A stretch of DNA of 64,000 bases from Vulgatibacter sp. (GTDB lineage Bacteria; Myxococcota; Myxococcia; Myxococcales; Vulgatibacteraceae): the NCBI RefSeq assembly GCF_041687135.1, contig NZ_JAWLCN010000015.1:12033-76032 (forward strand), read 5' to 3'. Shown piece after piece: positions 18,223 through 26,855 of the stretch. Both the position numbers and the translations under genes were made by a program. The notes under the pieces were generated by a model that had not been told where the DNA came from, searched no databases, and saw only the letters and a program-made list of their open reading frames with translations. The number at the start of each line of letters is the position of its first letter. Position 1 is the first letter of the stretch.

Positions 18223-18852
18223 ATGGCGGAATCCGACGGAGCGGTGGTGATGCCGATCGCGGCCCCACCCGGCGCCACCGCAGGGGAGGGGGCGGACGTC
18301 TTGCTCGCCCGGGCGCGGCGCGGCGACGAGCGCGCCTTCGCGGCGCTGCTCCGGCTCCACCAGGACCGGGTCTACGATCTGCTGGTGCGCATGCTCGGCG
18401 ACAAGGCGGAGGCGGAGGACGTGACCCAGGAGGTCTTCCTCGCCTTCCACCGGGCGCTGCCGCGGTTCCGCGGCGAGAGCCGCGTCTCCACCTGGCTCTT
18501 CCGGATCGCGAAGAACCACTGCCTCAACCGGATCAAATACCTCGGCCGCCGGGGGGCGTCCCGGCAGGTGCCCCTCGAGGACGCCGACGATCCTGCGGCG
18601 GCGGAGGGGCCCGAGCGGCCCGACCGCACCCTCGAGCGGCGGCGGACCGACGAGCGGGTCCAGGCCGCGATCGCCGCGCTCCCGGAGGAGCAGCGGCTGG
18701 TGGTGGTGCTCCGGGAGATCGAGGGGCTGAGCTACGAGGAGATCGCCGAGGTCCTCGAGCAGCCCGAGGGAACCGTGAAGTCGCGCTTGCACCGCGCCCG
18801 CCTCGCGCTGGCGCGGAGCCTCGCTGCACCGGCGGAGGAAAAGGCACCGTGA
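18223..18852 (+). CDS. ECF-family RNA polymerase sigma factor
   Basis: Region 2 is DVTQEVFLAFHRALPRFRGESRVSTWLFRIAKNHCLNRI. Region 4 is LPEEQRLVVVLREIEGLSYEEIAEVLEQPEGTVKSRLHRAR. Confidence 0.9.
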   Translation: MAESDGAVVMPIAAPPGATAGEGADVLLARARRGDERAFAALLRLHQDRVYDLLVRMLGDKAEAEDVTQEVFLAFHRALPRFRGESRVSTWLFRIAKNHCLNRIKYLGRRGASRQVPLEDADDPAAAEGPERPDRTLERRRTDERVQAAIAALPEEQRLVVVLREIEGLSYEEIAEVLEQPEGTVKSRLHRARLALARSLAAPAEEKAP

Positions 18853-19196
18853 ACACGCACCAGGAAGTGATCGAGCTCTTCTCGCCCTACGTCGACGCGT
18901 CGCTGCCCGCAGCGCAGGAGGCTGCCTTCGAGGCCCACCTCGCGCAATGCGGCCCCTGCCGCGCCGAGTACGCGGGCTTCGCGGAGGCGGTCGCGCTGGT
19001 CCGGGAGCTGCCGCGCCACCGGCTCCCCGCCGCCTTCGGCCGCAGGGTCCTCGCGCGCACCAGGACGGAGCGGCGCCGCCGCCTCTCCCGGATCCGGGAG
19101 CTGGTCCTGCCGGTCTTCCCCGCAGGCGTCGCGGTGCCGTTGGTGCTCGTGGCGGCCCTCGCCGCCCTGGTCGTGCTCCTCTTCCTCTCGATCTAA
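18849..19196 (+). CDS. anti-sigma factor (zf-HC2 type, single C-terminal TM)
   Basis: This is the tail of track ORF 18183..19196. GTG 18849 overlaps the sigma gene TGA (GTGA). The zinc motif is FEAHLAQCGPCRAEY. The TM segment is AGVAVPLVLVAALAALVVLLFL. Confidence 0.75.
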   Translation: MNTHQEVIELFSPYVDASLPAAQEAAFEAHLAQCGPCRAEYAGFAEAVALVRELPRHRLPAAFGRRVLARTRTERRRRLSRIRELVLPVFPAGVAVPLVLVAALAALVVLLFLSI

Positions 19197-20347
19197 GCCC
19201 CGACGCAGGCGCCCTCGACGCAGATCTCGCCCTGCAGGCAGCAGCCATCGCCGCAGCACGAGGAGCGCGGGGCGCAGAAGCGCCCCTCGCCGCAGCAGGC
19301 GGCGCCTGCAGGGGCGCAGCTGCCGTCCGCGCAGGTCACCGGCCAGGCGCCGCCGCAGTCGGGGTTGGCCCGAGAAGGCCCGACGCAGCGCCCCTCCTCG
19401 CAGACCTCGCCGGAGACGCAGCAGGCGCTCTCGCCACAGCAGGTGCCGCTCTCGCAGATCCTGCCGCCGCCGCAGCAGCTGCCGCCGATCGGCGCGCAGG
19501 CGCCGTCGGGGCAGGGGATCGGCCTGCCGGGATCGCTGCACGCCGCCTGGGCGCCGGGCACGCAGCGCCCGGCGACGCAGGCCTCGAAGGCGGTGCAGCA
19601 ATTTCCGTCGCCGCAGCAGGTGCCGGTCCTGCAGAAGCGCCCCTCGCCGCAGCAGTCGGCGCCCGCCGGCGCGCAGCTCCCGTCGGGACAGGCCTGGGGA
19701 TACGACCCGCCACACGCAGGAGATGCCTCGCAGACGCCGTCCGCGTTGCAGATCTCGCCCTCGCCGCAGCAGCCCGTCCCGCAGCAGACGCCGCCAGCGC
19801 AATGGGTGCCGTCCCCGCAGCAGCTCGCCGCCTCCGGTGCGCAGGTGCCGTCGGGGCAGGCCTGCGGCAGATCCGCGGGACAGGACGGCACCATGCGCTC
19901 CGGCTGCATCCAGGCAGCGCCCAGCACCCTGGCGAGGCGCCGCCGCGCTCCTTCCCGCGCCGGGCCGCCGGCACCGATCGCCTCCACCAGCCCGCGGCGC
20001 TCCGCAGCCTGCGCCTCCAGGTCCGCCAGCGCTGCGCGGAAGGAGGCGTCGTCGAGCTCGCAGCGGTTGCGCCGCTCGCACCGGTCGGCTGCGCCCTGGG
20101 TGATCTCCACCAGCTCGGTCCGTGCCAGCTCGAGGAGCGGGTCGAAGTTCGCCGGCCGATCGCTCCCCGCAGCCGCAGCGGCGGGCGCGGGGAAGCGCCG
20201 GTCCAGCACCGCGGCGCAATCGAGCGGTTCGATCTTCCCCAGCTCCGGCCTGCCGGCGAGGGCGCAATCCACCAGCTCCGGCGCCTGCGGCGTGGGCCTC
20301 GGGCAGGCGGCGAGGGCGAGTAGGAGGAGCGGGGCGAAGCGACGCAC
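19193..20347 (-). CDS. lipoprotein with four ~55-aa repeats of 12 cysteines each
   Basis: Track ORF 19193..20578. The start is GTG 20347 (VRRFAPLLLLALAAC, lipobox). The C-terminal 229 aa contain 48 Cys. The repeat pattern is C-x7-C-x4-C-x6-CC-x5-C-x4-CC-x4-CC-x5-C-x4-C, repeated four times. Confidence 0.7.
   Translation of the reverse strand: MRRFAPLLLLALAACPRPTPQAPELVDCALAGRPELGKIEPLDCAAVLDRRFPAPAAAAAGSDRPANFDPLLELARTELVEITQGAADRCERRNRCELDDASFRAALADLEAQAAERRGLVEAIGAGGPAREGARRRLARVLGAAWMQPERMVPSCPADLPQACPDGTCAPEAASCCGDGTHCAGGVCCGTGCCGEGEICNADGVCEASPACGGSYPQACPDGSCAPAGADCCGEGRFCRTGTCCGDGNCCTAFEACVAGRCVPGAQAACSDPGRPIPCPDGACAPIGGSCCGGGRICESGTCCGESACCVSGEVCEEGRCVGPSRANPDCGGAWPVTCADGSCAPAGAACCGEGRFCAPRSSCCGDGCCLQGEICVEGACVGA
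19196..19882 (-). repeat. 4x tandem Cys-rich coding repeat
   Basis: CPDG(S/T/A)CAP...CCG(E/D/G)G..C...(T/V/S)CCG...CC...E.C..G.CV is seen four times in the translation. Confidence 0.85.
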
Positions 20348-20423
20348 GATGGCCTCCGGGCCTGGTGGAGTCCCACCGCTTAGCAACCGCGTTCCACCCG
20401 GGCAAGCACCACCCTCAGTCGCC

Positions 20424-20452
20424 TTGACGGCACCTGTGCCGCCCACTAGTGT
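20424..20452 (+). promoter_or_regulatory. candidate sigma-70-type promoter of lysS
   Basis: TTGACG (20424-20429), N17, TAGTGT (20447-20452), about 80 nt upstream of ATG 20533. Confidence 0.45.
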
Positions 20453-20532
20453 GCGCCGCTTCTTTCGTTCCAAGTCCGCGAGGTGACGGGGCTTTCGCTG
20501 CTCTGTGCCGCTGCCGCGAAGGAGAAGATCGG

Positions 20533-22065
20533 ATGGCAGAGAACGAGACCCCCGCAGGCTCGTCGTCCCTTGATGCACAGCGCGCCCTCCGCCTCAAGAA
20601 GGCGGACGAGCTGCGCGAGCGCGGGATCAACCCCTGGGGCAACGGCCGCGAGGTGCCCCACACCGCAGGTGGGGTGAAGGCCCATTTCGGCGACCAGCCC
20701 ACCGAGACCATCGAGCAGGACACCACCACCTGGTCGGTGGCCGGCCGGGTGATGATGGTCCGGACCTTCGGCAAGATGGCCTTCGTCGTCCTGCGCGATC
20801 GCACCGGCGACATCCAGGTCCAGCTCCGCAAGGACAAGCTCGGCGACGACGGCTACGGGCTGCTCAAGCTCCTCGACATGGGCGACATCGCCGCCGCTTC
20901 CGGCACCGCGACGAGGACCAGGACCGGTGAGATCACCATCGTCGCCGGCGAGTGGACCATCCTCACCAAGTCGCTCCGCCCGCTTCCCGAGAAGTGGCAC
21001 GGCCTCGAGGACGTGGAGGCCCGCTACCGCCAGCGCTACCTCGATCTCGCCACCGACCCGCAGACCCGCGAGGTCTTCCGCAAGCGCTCGAAGCTGGTGC
21101 AGTACATCCGCCGCTTCCTCGACGGCAGGGACTTCATGGAGGTCGAGACGCCGATGATGCACCCGCTCGTCTCGGGTGCAGCGGCGAAGCCCTTCACCAC
21201 CCACCACAACGCCCTCGACATCGACCTCTACATGCGCATCGCGCCGGAGCTCTATCTCAAGCGGCTGGTGGTCGGCGGCTTCGAGCGGGTCTACGAGATC
21301 AACCGGAACTTCCGGAACGAGGGGCTCTCGACCAGGCACAACCCCGAGTTCACCATGCTCGAGTTCTACATGGCGCACGCCACGTACGACGAGCTGATGG
21401 ACATGACCGAGGAGATGATCGCCGGCGCCGCCGAGGAGATCTGCGGCACCACGAAGATCACCTACCAGGGCCACGAGATCGACTTCGGCAAGGGCTGGCG
21501 GCGGATCTCGATGGCCGACGCGGTGCTCGAGTCCACCGAGGGCAGGCTGCAGGAGGCCGATCTCCACGATCCGGAGAAGCTCAAGCGCGTGCTCCTCGAG
21601 ACCTTCAAGGGCACCGACGCCGAGCGCAAGGAGATCGACCTGATGGACGTGGGCTCGCTCGTCGGCGCGCTCTTCGAGGAGCATGCCGAGCACAAGCTCG
21701 TTCATCCCACCTTCATCACCCAATTCCCCACCGTGATCAGCCCGCTCGCCCGCAAGAACGAGCAGAATCCGGCCTATACCGACCGCTTCGAGCTCTACTG
21801 TGCAGGCAGGGAAATCGCGAACGCCTTCTCGGAGTTGAACGACCCGATCGACCAGCAGGAGCGATTCGAGAAGCAGCTGGAGGCGAAGAGCCGGGGCGCC
21901 CAGGAGACGATGGACTTCGACGCCGACTACATCGCCGCCCTCGAGCACGGCATGCCCCCGACCGCAGGGGAGGGCATCGGCATCGATCGCCTCGCCATGC
22001 TCCTCACCGACGCGGCCTCGATCCGCGACGTGATCCTCTTCCCGCTGCTCAAGCCCCGCACGTAA
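20533..22065 (+). CDS. lysS: lysyl-tRNA synthetase (class II)
   Basis: Track ORF 20449..22065. The start is moved to ATG 20533 (MAENETPAG...). Matching segments are RVMMVRTFGKMAFVVLRDRTGDIQV, YEINRNFRNEGLSTRHNPEFTMLEFY and GMPPTAGEGIGIDRL. Confidence 0.95.
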   Translation: MAENETPAGSSSLDAQRALRLKKADELRERGINPWGNGREVPHTAGGVKAHFGDQPTETIEQDTTTWSVAGRVMMVRTFGKMAFVVLRDRTGDIQVQLRKDKLGDDGYGLLKLLDMGDIAAASGTATRTRTGEITIVAGEWTILTKSLRPLPEKWHGLEDVEARYRQRYLDLATDPQTREVFRKRSKLVQYIRRFLDGRDFMEVETPMMHPLVSGAAAKPFTTHHNALDIDLYMRIAPELYLKRLVVGGFERVYEINRNFRNEGLSTRHNPEFTMLEFYMAHATYDELMDMTEEMIAGAAEEICGTTKITYQGHEIDFGKGWRRISMADAVLESTEGRLQEADLHDPEKLKRVLLETFKGTDAERKEIDLMDVGSLVGALFEEHAEHKLVHPTFITQFPTVISPLARKNEQNPAYTDRFELYCAGREIANAFSELNDPIDQQERFEKQLEAKSRGAQETMDFDADYIAALEHGMPPTAGEGIGIDRLAMLLTDAASIRDVILFPLLKPRT

Positions 22066-22093
22066 ACGGGGCATCGCCCAGGGAGTACGCAGC

Positions 22094-24061
22094 TTGCAGC
22101 CCACCACAGGTTCCAGCGAGACACCCGGCGCAGCGCCGGGCAAGCCGTCGCTAAGCGTTGCCCTCGCAGCGGCAGGCCGTGCGCCCCGCAACGCTCAGGC
22201 GTTCTCCTGGAAGGCGCTCGCTGCAGCGATCGTCCTCGATCTCGTCGCCCTCTTCGCCCTGGGCGTCGTCCGCGCCCTGCTCGGCAACCGCCTCGGCATG
22301 CGCATGGAGACCGCGGAGATCCTCGCGGTGGTCTCCGGCGTGCTCGCCGCCGGTGCAGCAGGCTGGGCCGCTGCGGCCCTCTCGAAGCGGGTCGGCTTCT
22401 GGGAGCTCTTCGCCGGCGCCCTGGTGGCGCTGGGCGTGGGCTACGGCCTCCTCGCCTCGCCTGCTGCAGGCGCCACGGTCTTCGCCGTCATCCCCGAGGG
22501 GGCGATCTGGTTCGCGCCCCTCTTCGTCGCCGGCGGGATCCTCCTCGTCTCCGGCATCGCCGCCACCGTCGGCTACATGCTGGGGGCGGGCACCGCCCTC
22601 GACCTCTCCTTCGGGTACGAGGCCTTCGTGGCGAAGAGCCACCTGCGCCTCTCCCGCTCCCTCCTCGTCGGCCTCTCGCTCCTCACCCTGGGGATCTTCC
22701 CGGGCGTCGTCGCGATCTACCTGCTCCTCCGCAGGCAGAAGCGCTCGCCCACGCTGATCATGACCGTGCTCTCCATCGGCGGCGTGGCGGTGGGTGTGAT
22801 GGCGCTCTGTGTGGTGATGAGCGTGATGAGCGGCTTCGAGCAGGACTTGAAGGCCAAGATCCTCGGCACCAACGCCCACGCCATCGTCCTCAAATACGGC
22901 GCCTTCGACGAGTGGCAGCGCACCGCGAAGACCGTCCGGGAGACCGAGGGCGTCAAGGGCGTCACCCCCTTCGTGCTCAACGAGGTGATGGTCTCCACCG
23001 AGTCCAACCTCGCCGGCGCGCTGATCAAGGGGATCGACCCCGCCACCGTGGGCGAGGTCACCGAGCTGCCCAACGAGATTCGCGAGGGCGAGCTCCAGTG
23101 GCTCGCCACCCCGGAGAAGATCCCGACCACGCCGCAGTTCAAGGCCCCCGCAGCAGCCGGGGAGGCAGGGGCGACCGCCGACGATCTCCAGCAGGAACTC
23201 GAGCGGCTCGCAGCCTCCGGCAAGCAGCAGGAGCTGGCGCAGGAGCAGGGCCGGGAGGCCAACCAGCTCCCCGGCATCGTGATCGGGCGGGAGCTGGCGC
23301 GGCAGCTGCGCGTCTTCGTCGGCGACACCGTCACCGTGGTCTCGCCCATCGCCGGCGAGCTCGGGCCGATGGGGCCGCAGCCCAAGAGCATGCAGTTCCG
23401 GGTGGCGGGCGTCTTCTACTCGGGGATGTACGAGTACGACTCGAAGTTCGTCTACATCGCCCTCGACCGGGCGCAGTCCTTCTTCAAGATGGGGAAGGGG
23501 ATCACGGGCCTCGAGATGAAGGTCGCCGACATCGACGACGCCCGCCGGATCTCCCGCACCGTGCTCTCGAAGCTCGAGGGCTATCCCTTCCGCGTGAAGG
23601 ATTGGGGCGAGATGAACAAGAACCTCTTCTCCGCCCTCAAGCTGGAGAAGATCGTGATGGCGGTGATCCTCGCCTTCATCATCCTCGTCGCCTGCTTCAA
23701 CATCCTCTCCACCCTGGTGATGCTGGTGCTGGAGAAGGGCAAGGAGATCTCGATCCTCAAGTCGATGGGCGCCCGCGACTCGTCGGTGATGAAGATCTTC
23801 GTGCTCGAGGGGCTGGCCATCGGCTCGATCGGGACGGTGCTGGGGCTGGCGCTGGGGCTGCTCCTCTGCGGCGCCATCGCCATCTTCCCGATCCCGCTCG
23901 ACCCCGAGGTCTACTACATCCCCAACCTGCCGGTGCGCCTCGACGCGACGCAGTTCGCGCTCGTCGCCGTGGCGGCGGTGGTGCTCGCCTACCTGGCCAC
24001 CATCTTCCCGGCGCTCTTCGCGTCCCGGCTCCCGCCGGTGGAGGGTCTGCGCAATGACTGA
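22094..24061 (+). CDS. LolC/LolE-family lipoprotein-release permease with ~170-aa N-terminal multi-TM extension
   Basis: The FtsX/MacB-type core runs from about aa 175 ([14 protein letters not shown] ... [21 protein letters not shown] ... C-terminal FtsX helices). The upstream 170 aa are in frame, have high GC3, and consist of hydrophobic helices. The exact start is uncertain. Confidence 0.8.
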   Translation: MQPTTGSSETPGAAPGKPSLSVALAAAGRAPRNAQAFSWKALAAAIVLDLVALFALGVVRALLGNRLGMRMETAEILAVVSGVLAAGAAGWAAAALSKRVGFWELFAGALVALGVGYGLLASPAAGATVFAVIPEGAIWFAPLFVAGGILLVSGIAATVGYMLGAGTALDLSFGYEAFVAKSHLRLSRSLLVGLSLLTLGIFPGVVAIYLLLRRQKRSPTLIMTVLSIGGVAVGVMALCVVMSVMSGFEQDLKAKILGTNAHAIVLKYGAFDEWQRTAKTVRETEGVKGVTPFVLNEVMVSTESNLAGALIKGIDPATVGEVTELPNEIREGELQWLATPEKIPTTPQFKAPAAAGEAGATADDLQQELERLAASGKQQELAQEQGREANQLPGIVIGRELARQLRVFVGDTVTVVSPIAGELGPMGPQPKSMQFRVAGVFYSGMYEYDSKFVYIALDRAQSFFKMGKGITGLEMKVADIDDARRISRTVLSKLEGYPFRVKDWGEMNKNLFSALKLEKIVMAVILAFIILVACFNILSTLVMLVLEKGKEISILKSMGARDSSVMKIFVLEGLAIGSIGTVLGLALGLLLCGAIAIFPIPLDPEVYYIPNLPVRLDATQFALVAVAAVVLAYLATIFPALFASRLPPVEGLRND

Positions 24062-24746
24062 AGGCAGGCCCCTCCTCGAGGCGAAGGGGATCGCCAAGGA
24101 CTACTGGCTCGAGGGCAAGGGAACGATCCACGTCCTCCGCGGCGTCGACTTCACCCTCCACGAGGGCGAGGTGGTGGGGCTCGTGGGCAAGTCGGGCGCC
24201 GGCAAGAGCACGCTGCTCCACGTCCTCGGCACCCTCGACGTCCCCTCCGAAGGAACGGTGCTCTACCGGGGCGAGGATCTCTTCGCCCGCAGCGAGCTCC
24301 ACCTCGCGGACTTCCGCAACAGCACCCTGGGCTTCGTCTTCCAGTCGCATTACCTGCTGCCGGAGTTCTCCGCCCTGGAGAACGTGATGATGCCGCTGCT
24401 GGTGCGGCGGGTGCCGAGGTCCGAGGCCCGCGACGCGGCGCTCTGGGTGCTGGAGCGGGTGGGGCTCTCCCACCGGCTCGACCACAAGCCGAGCGAGCTC
24501 TCCGGCGGCGAGCAGCAGCGCGTCGCCCTCGCCCGGGCGCTCTCCACCATGCCGCGGGTGCTGCTGGCGGACGAGCCCACCGGCAACCTCGATCCCAAGA
24601 CCGGCCACGCGATCCACGAGCTCCTCCTCGAGCTCAATCGCGAGCTGGGGATCAGCGCCCTGGTGGTGACCCACAACGAGGTCCTCGCCCGCGAGCTCCC
24701 GCGCTGCGTCCACATGGCGGACGGCAGGGTGGTCGAGGGGCTCTGA
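24054..24746 (+). CDS. lolD: lipoprotein-release ABC transporter ATP-binding protein
   Basis: Walker A is GKSGAGKST. The signature is [15 protein letters not shown]. Walker B is [12 protein letters not shown]. It overlaps the permease gene by 8 nt. Confidence 0.9.
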   Translation: MTEGRPLLEAKGIAKDYWLEGKGTIHVLRGVDFTLHEGEVVGLVGKSGAGKSTLLHVLGTLDVPSEGTVLYRGEDLFARSELHLADFRNSTLGFVFQSHYLLPEFSALENVMMPLLVRRVPRSEARDAALWVLERVGLSHRLDHKPSELSGGEQQRVALARALSTMPRVLLADEPTGNLDPKTGHAIHELLLELNRELGISALVVTHNEVLARELPRCVHMADGRVVEGL

Positions 24747-24765
24747 CCTCACCTCGTCACGGCTG

Positions 24766-25029
24766 TCAGCGCGCGTAGGCGCCGAGCGCACGTCGGGTGC
24801 TCGCCACCTCGGCGAGCGCGGGGCCGATCGCGTCGCGCTGCGCCAGCGCTGCTGCCGCGCAGCGCCCCAGGGCGGCACGGGCTGCGGCGCGGGTGGCGTC
24901 GTCGAGGCGGGCCCCCTCGGCCGCCAGGGCGGCGCAGCGGTCCGCCAGGGCGGCGGCCAGCACCTCGGCCTCTTCGATGGCCCCTTCCGCCAGGGACCTC
25001 TCGATCGCTGCGAGCGCACGATCGATCAA
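24766..25029 (-). CDS. hypothetical 87-aa helical protein, last gene of the fliC-fliD-fliS unit (FliT-like by position only)
   Basis: The start overlaps the fliS stop (4 nt). It is Ala/Leu/Arg-rich and helical. I recognise no motif. Confidence 0.5.
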   Translation of the reverse strand: MIDRALAAIERSLAEGAIEEAEVLAAALADRCAALAAEGARLDDATRAAARAALGRCAAAALAQRDAIGPALAEVASTRRALGAYAR

Positions 25030-25403
25030 GGGGCGGCCTGCTGCGCCGCCACCGCGGTTCGGAAGGCTTCGACGATGGGCGTGAGGGTCCGCTCCGCATC
25101 CCGGGCTGCGAGGAGGTCGGCTGCGGCGCTGGCGCGGACCAGCCTGGTCGCGACGAATACGTAGAGGCCGGCGAGCTGGCCGCAGAGCTCCGGTGCCTGC
25201 GGGTGATCGAGAGCCCCGTGGAGGGCCATCACGATCTCGGAGGCCTTTCCGAAGAGGGCGGCGGCCTCGCTCCGCTTGCCCGCTTCGAGCGATACACTTC
25301 CGAGCCGGATGTCGCGGAGGGCCGCCTCGAAGAGCAGAACCATGGTGCGCTCGGGCGAGGCGGTCTCGGCCTGGGTCTGGGTGTAGCGGCGGACGGCGTT
25401 CAT
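25026..25403 (-). CDS. fliS: flagellin-specific export chaperone FliS
   Basis: MNAVRRYTQTQAETASPERTMVLLFEAALRDIR...GQLAGLYVFVATRLVRA. Typical FliS length and four-helix pattern. Confidence 0.85.
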   Translation of the reverse strand: MNAVRRYTQTQAETASPERTMVLLFEAALRDIRLGSVSLEAGKRSEAAALFGKASEIVMALHGALDHPQAPELCGQLAGLYVFVATRLVRASAAADLLAARDAERTLTPIVEAFRTAVAAQQAAP

Positions 25404-25404
25404 T

Positions 25405-26787
25405 CTACTTCTGCTCCCGCGCCGCTTCCTGCTGGTCGAGGAAGGCGCCGATGGCGTTGAACCTGGAGACGGTCCGCTCCAGGGCGGTGAACTGGCGGAT
25501 GAGGGTCTGGCGGAAGATCTCGAGGGAATCGTTCTGGCGCTCGATGTCCTCGGCCAGGCGCTTCACCGTCTCGTCCAGACCATCCTGGCGCGTGGTGAGG
25601 ATGCCGACCTCGGGGTCGGTGTAACGATCGACGAGGGCTTCGACGGCCCCGCCGATCCCGGGTCCCGAGGAGGAGAAGAGGGTGTCGGCACCATGCGAAT
25701 GGGATGCGAGCGCCTGCTCGAAGGTGGCGGCGTCGAGCTGCAGGGTGCCGTCCCGCTGCAGCTCGATCCCGAGGTCGGCCAGGGTCCGGAGGGCGCCGCT
25801 GCCCGCCACCTGGGAGAGCATCGCTTCCAGCTCGGACTGCAGGCCGCGGGCGGTGCCGTCCCCGGTGAGCAGTCCCACCGAGCCGTCCGCCGGCGCATTG
25901 AGCTTCCGCAGGCTCTGCACCAGGGCGTTGTAGGCGTCGACGAAGGTGTCGATCCGGCTGCGGGACCCCTCCAGATCCGCGACGAGCACGAGATCCTCCG
26001 ACAGGGCGACGCCCGCTTCCTGCGCGCTCGGGCGAAGCAGCGCGAGGGTGGCGCCGGGGATCACGTCGTCGATGGTGTTGCTGGTGCGCTCGATGGCCAG
26101 ACCGTCGATCTGCAGGCGCGCATTCGCTGCGCTGGCCCGGAAGACGGCAGGAGCCGAGGGATTGGCGGGATCGATGGCGAAGAGCGGCGACCCGGTGCTG
26201 CCGGTGAGCGTCTGGGTGATCACCAGCGCGTCGTCCGGCGCGGTGCCGATCGGATGGCCGGTCTCGCGGTTGGTCAGGGAGAGATGGGAGCGCGTGCCGT
26301 CGTTCAGGATGACGGCGCCGACCGGCGCGCCGCTGGCCGTGATGGCGCGGGCGACGTCGGCGAGGGTGGCGCCCTCCACGATCTCGACGTCGAAGGATTC
26401 GCCGCGCACCTGCAGCTGCAGCGTGCCCGCCGTGATGGGAGCCGCCGCTGAGCCGTGGGCGGCGGAGCGGAGGCGGGCTGCGGTGGCGAGTTGCTCGACC
26501 ACAACGGCGTAGCGGCCTGCTTCGGCCCCGGCCGAGGCCTCCACGGAGAATGCCGCATGGGTGCCCGCTGTCTTCACGGCGCCGACGCCCTCGTTCGCCA
26601 GGGCCGCGGCGGCGTCGCCCAGTCCGGAGAGCTTCGATGCGAGGGTGCCGAAAGCGGAGACACGGGCCGAGAACGCAGCCTGGCGCTGCTTGATCTGCGT
26701 GATCGACTTCGAGCGGAGGGCGACGAGCTGGTCGATGATCAGCCCGGAGTCGATGCCGGAGGCGAGCCCGCCGGTGAAGATGGCCAT
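25405..26787 (-). CDS. fliD: flagellar filament cap protein FliD (HAP2)
   Basis: The N-terminus is MAIFTGGLASGIDSGLIIDQLVALRSKSITQIKQRQAAF. The C-terminus is RFNAIGAFLDQQ. Confidence 0.9.
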   Translation of the reverse strand: MAIFTGGLASGIDSGLIIDQLVALRSKSITQIKQRQAAFSARVSAFGTLASKLSGLGDAAAALANEGVGAVKTAGTHAAFSVEASAGAEAGRYAVVVEQLATAARLRSAAHGSAAAPITAGTLQLQVRGESFDVEIVEGATLADVARAITASGAPVGAVILNDGTRSHLSLTNRETGHPIGTAPDDALVITQTLTGSTGSPLFAIDPANPSAPAVFRASAANARLQIDGLAIERTSNTIDDVIPGATLALLRPSAQEAGVALSEDLVLVADLEGSRSRIDTFVDAYNALVQSLRKLNAPADGSVGLLTGDGTARGLQSELEAMLSQVAGSGALRTLADLGIELQRDGTLQLDAATFEQALASHSHGADTLFSSSGPGIGGAVEALVDRYTDPEVGILTTRQDGLDETVKRLAEDIERQNDSLEIFRQTLIRQFTALERTVSRFNAIGAFLDQQEAAREQK

Positions 26788-26808
26788 GCGTGCGTTCTTT
26801 CGTAGGGG

Positions 26809-26839
26809 GCGCGGCGCCGTCCGGAGGAGGGCGCCGCGC
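26809..26839 (-). terminator. GC-rich stem-loop between fliC and fliD (candidate attenuator/terminator)
   Basis: GCGCGGCGCC (26809-26818) pairs with GGCGCCGCGC (30-39 of the same kb), with an 11-nt loop. There is no clear U-tract. Confidence 0.4.
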
Positions 26840-26855
26840 GGGCGATCGGGAGGGA

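Noticed and set aside
20391-20395. GGAAC upstream of the Cys-rich gene as proof of ECF control
   Set aside because: It is only a pentamer, with no matching -10 (GGAC/GAC versus CGTTGTC at the sigma gene). I mention it as a hint in the findings but do not call it a promoter feature.
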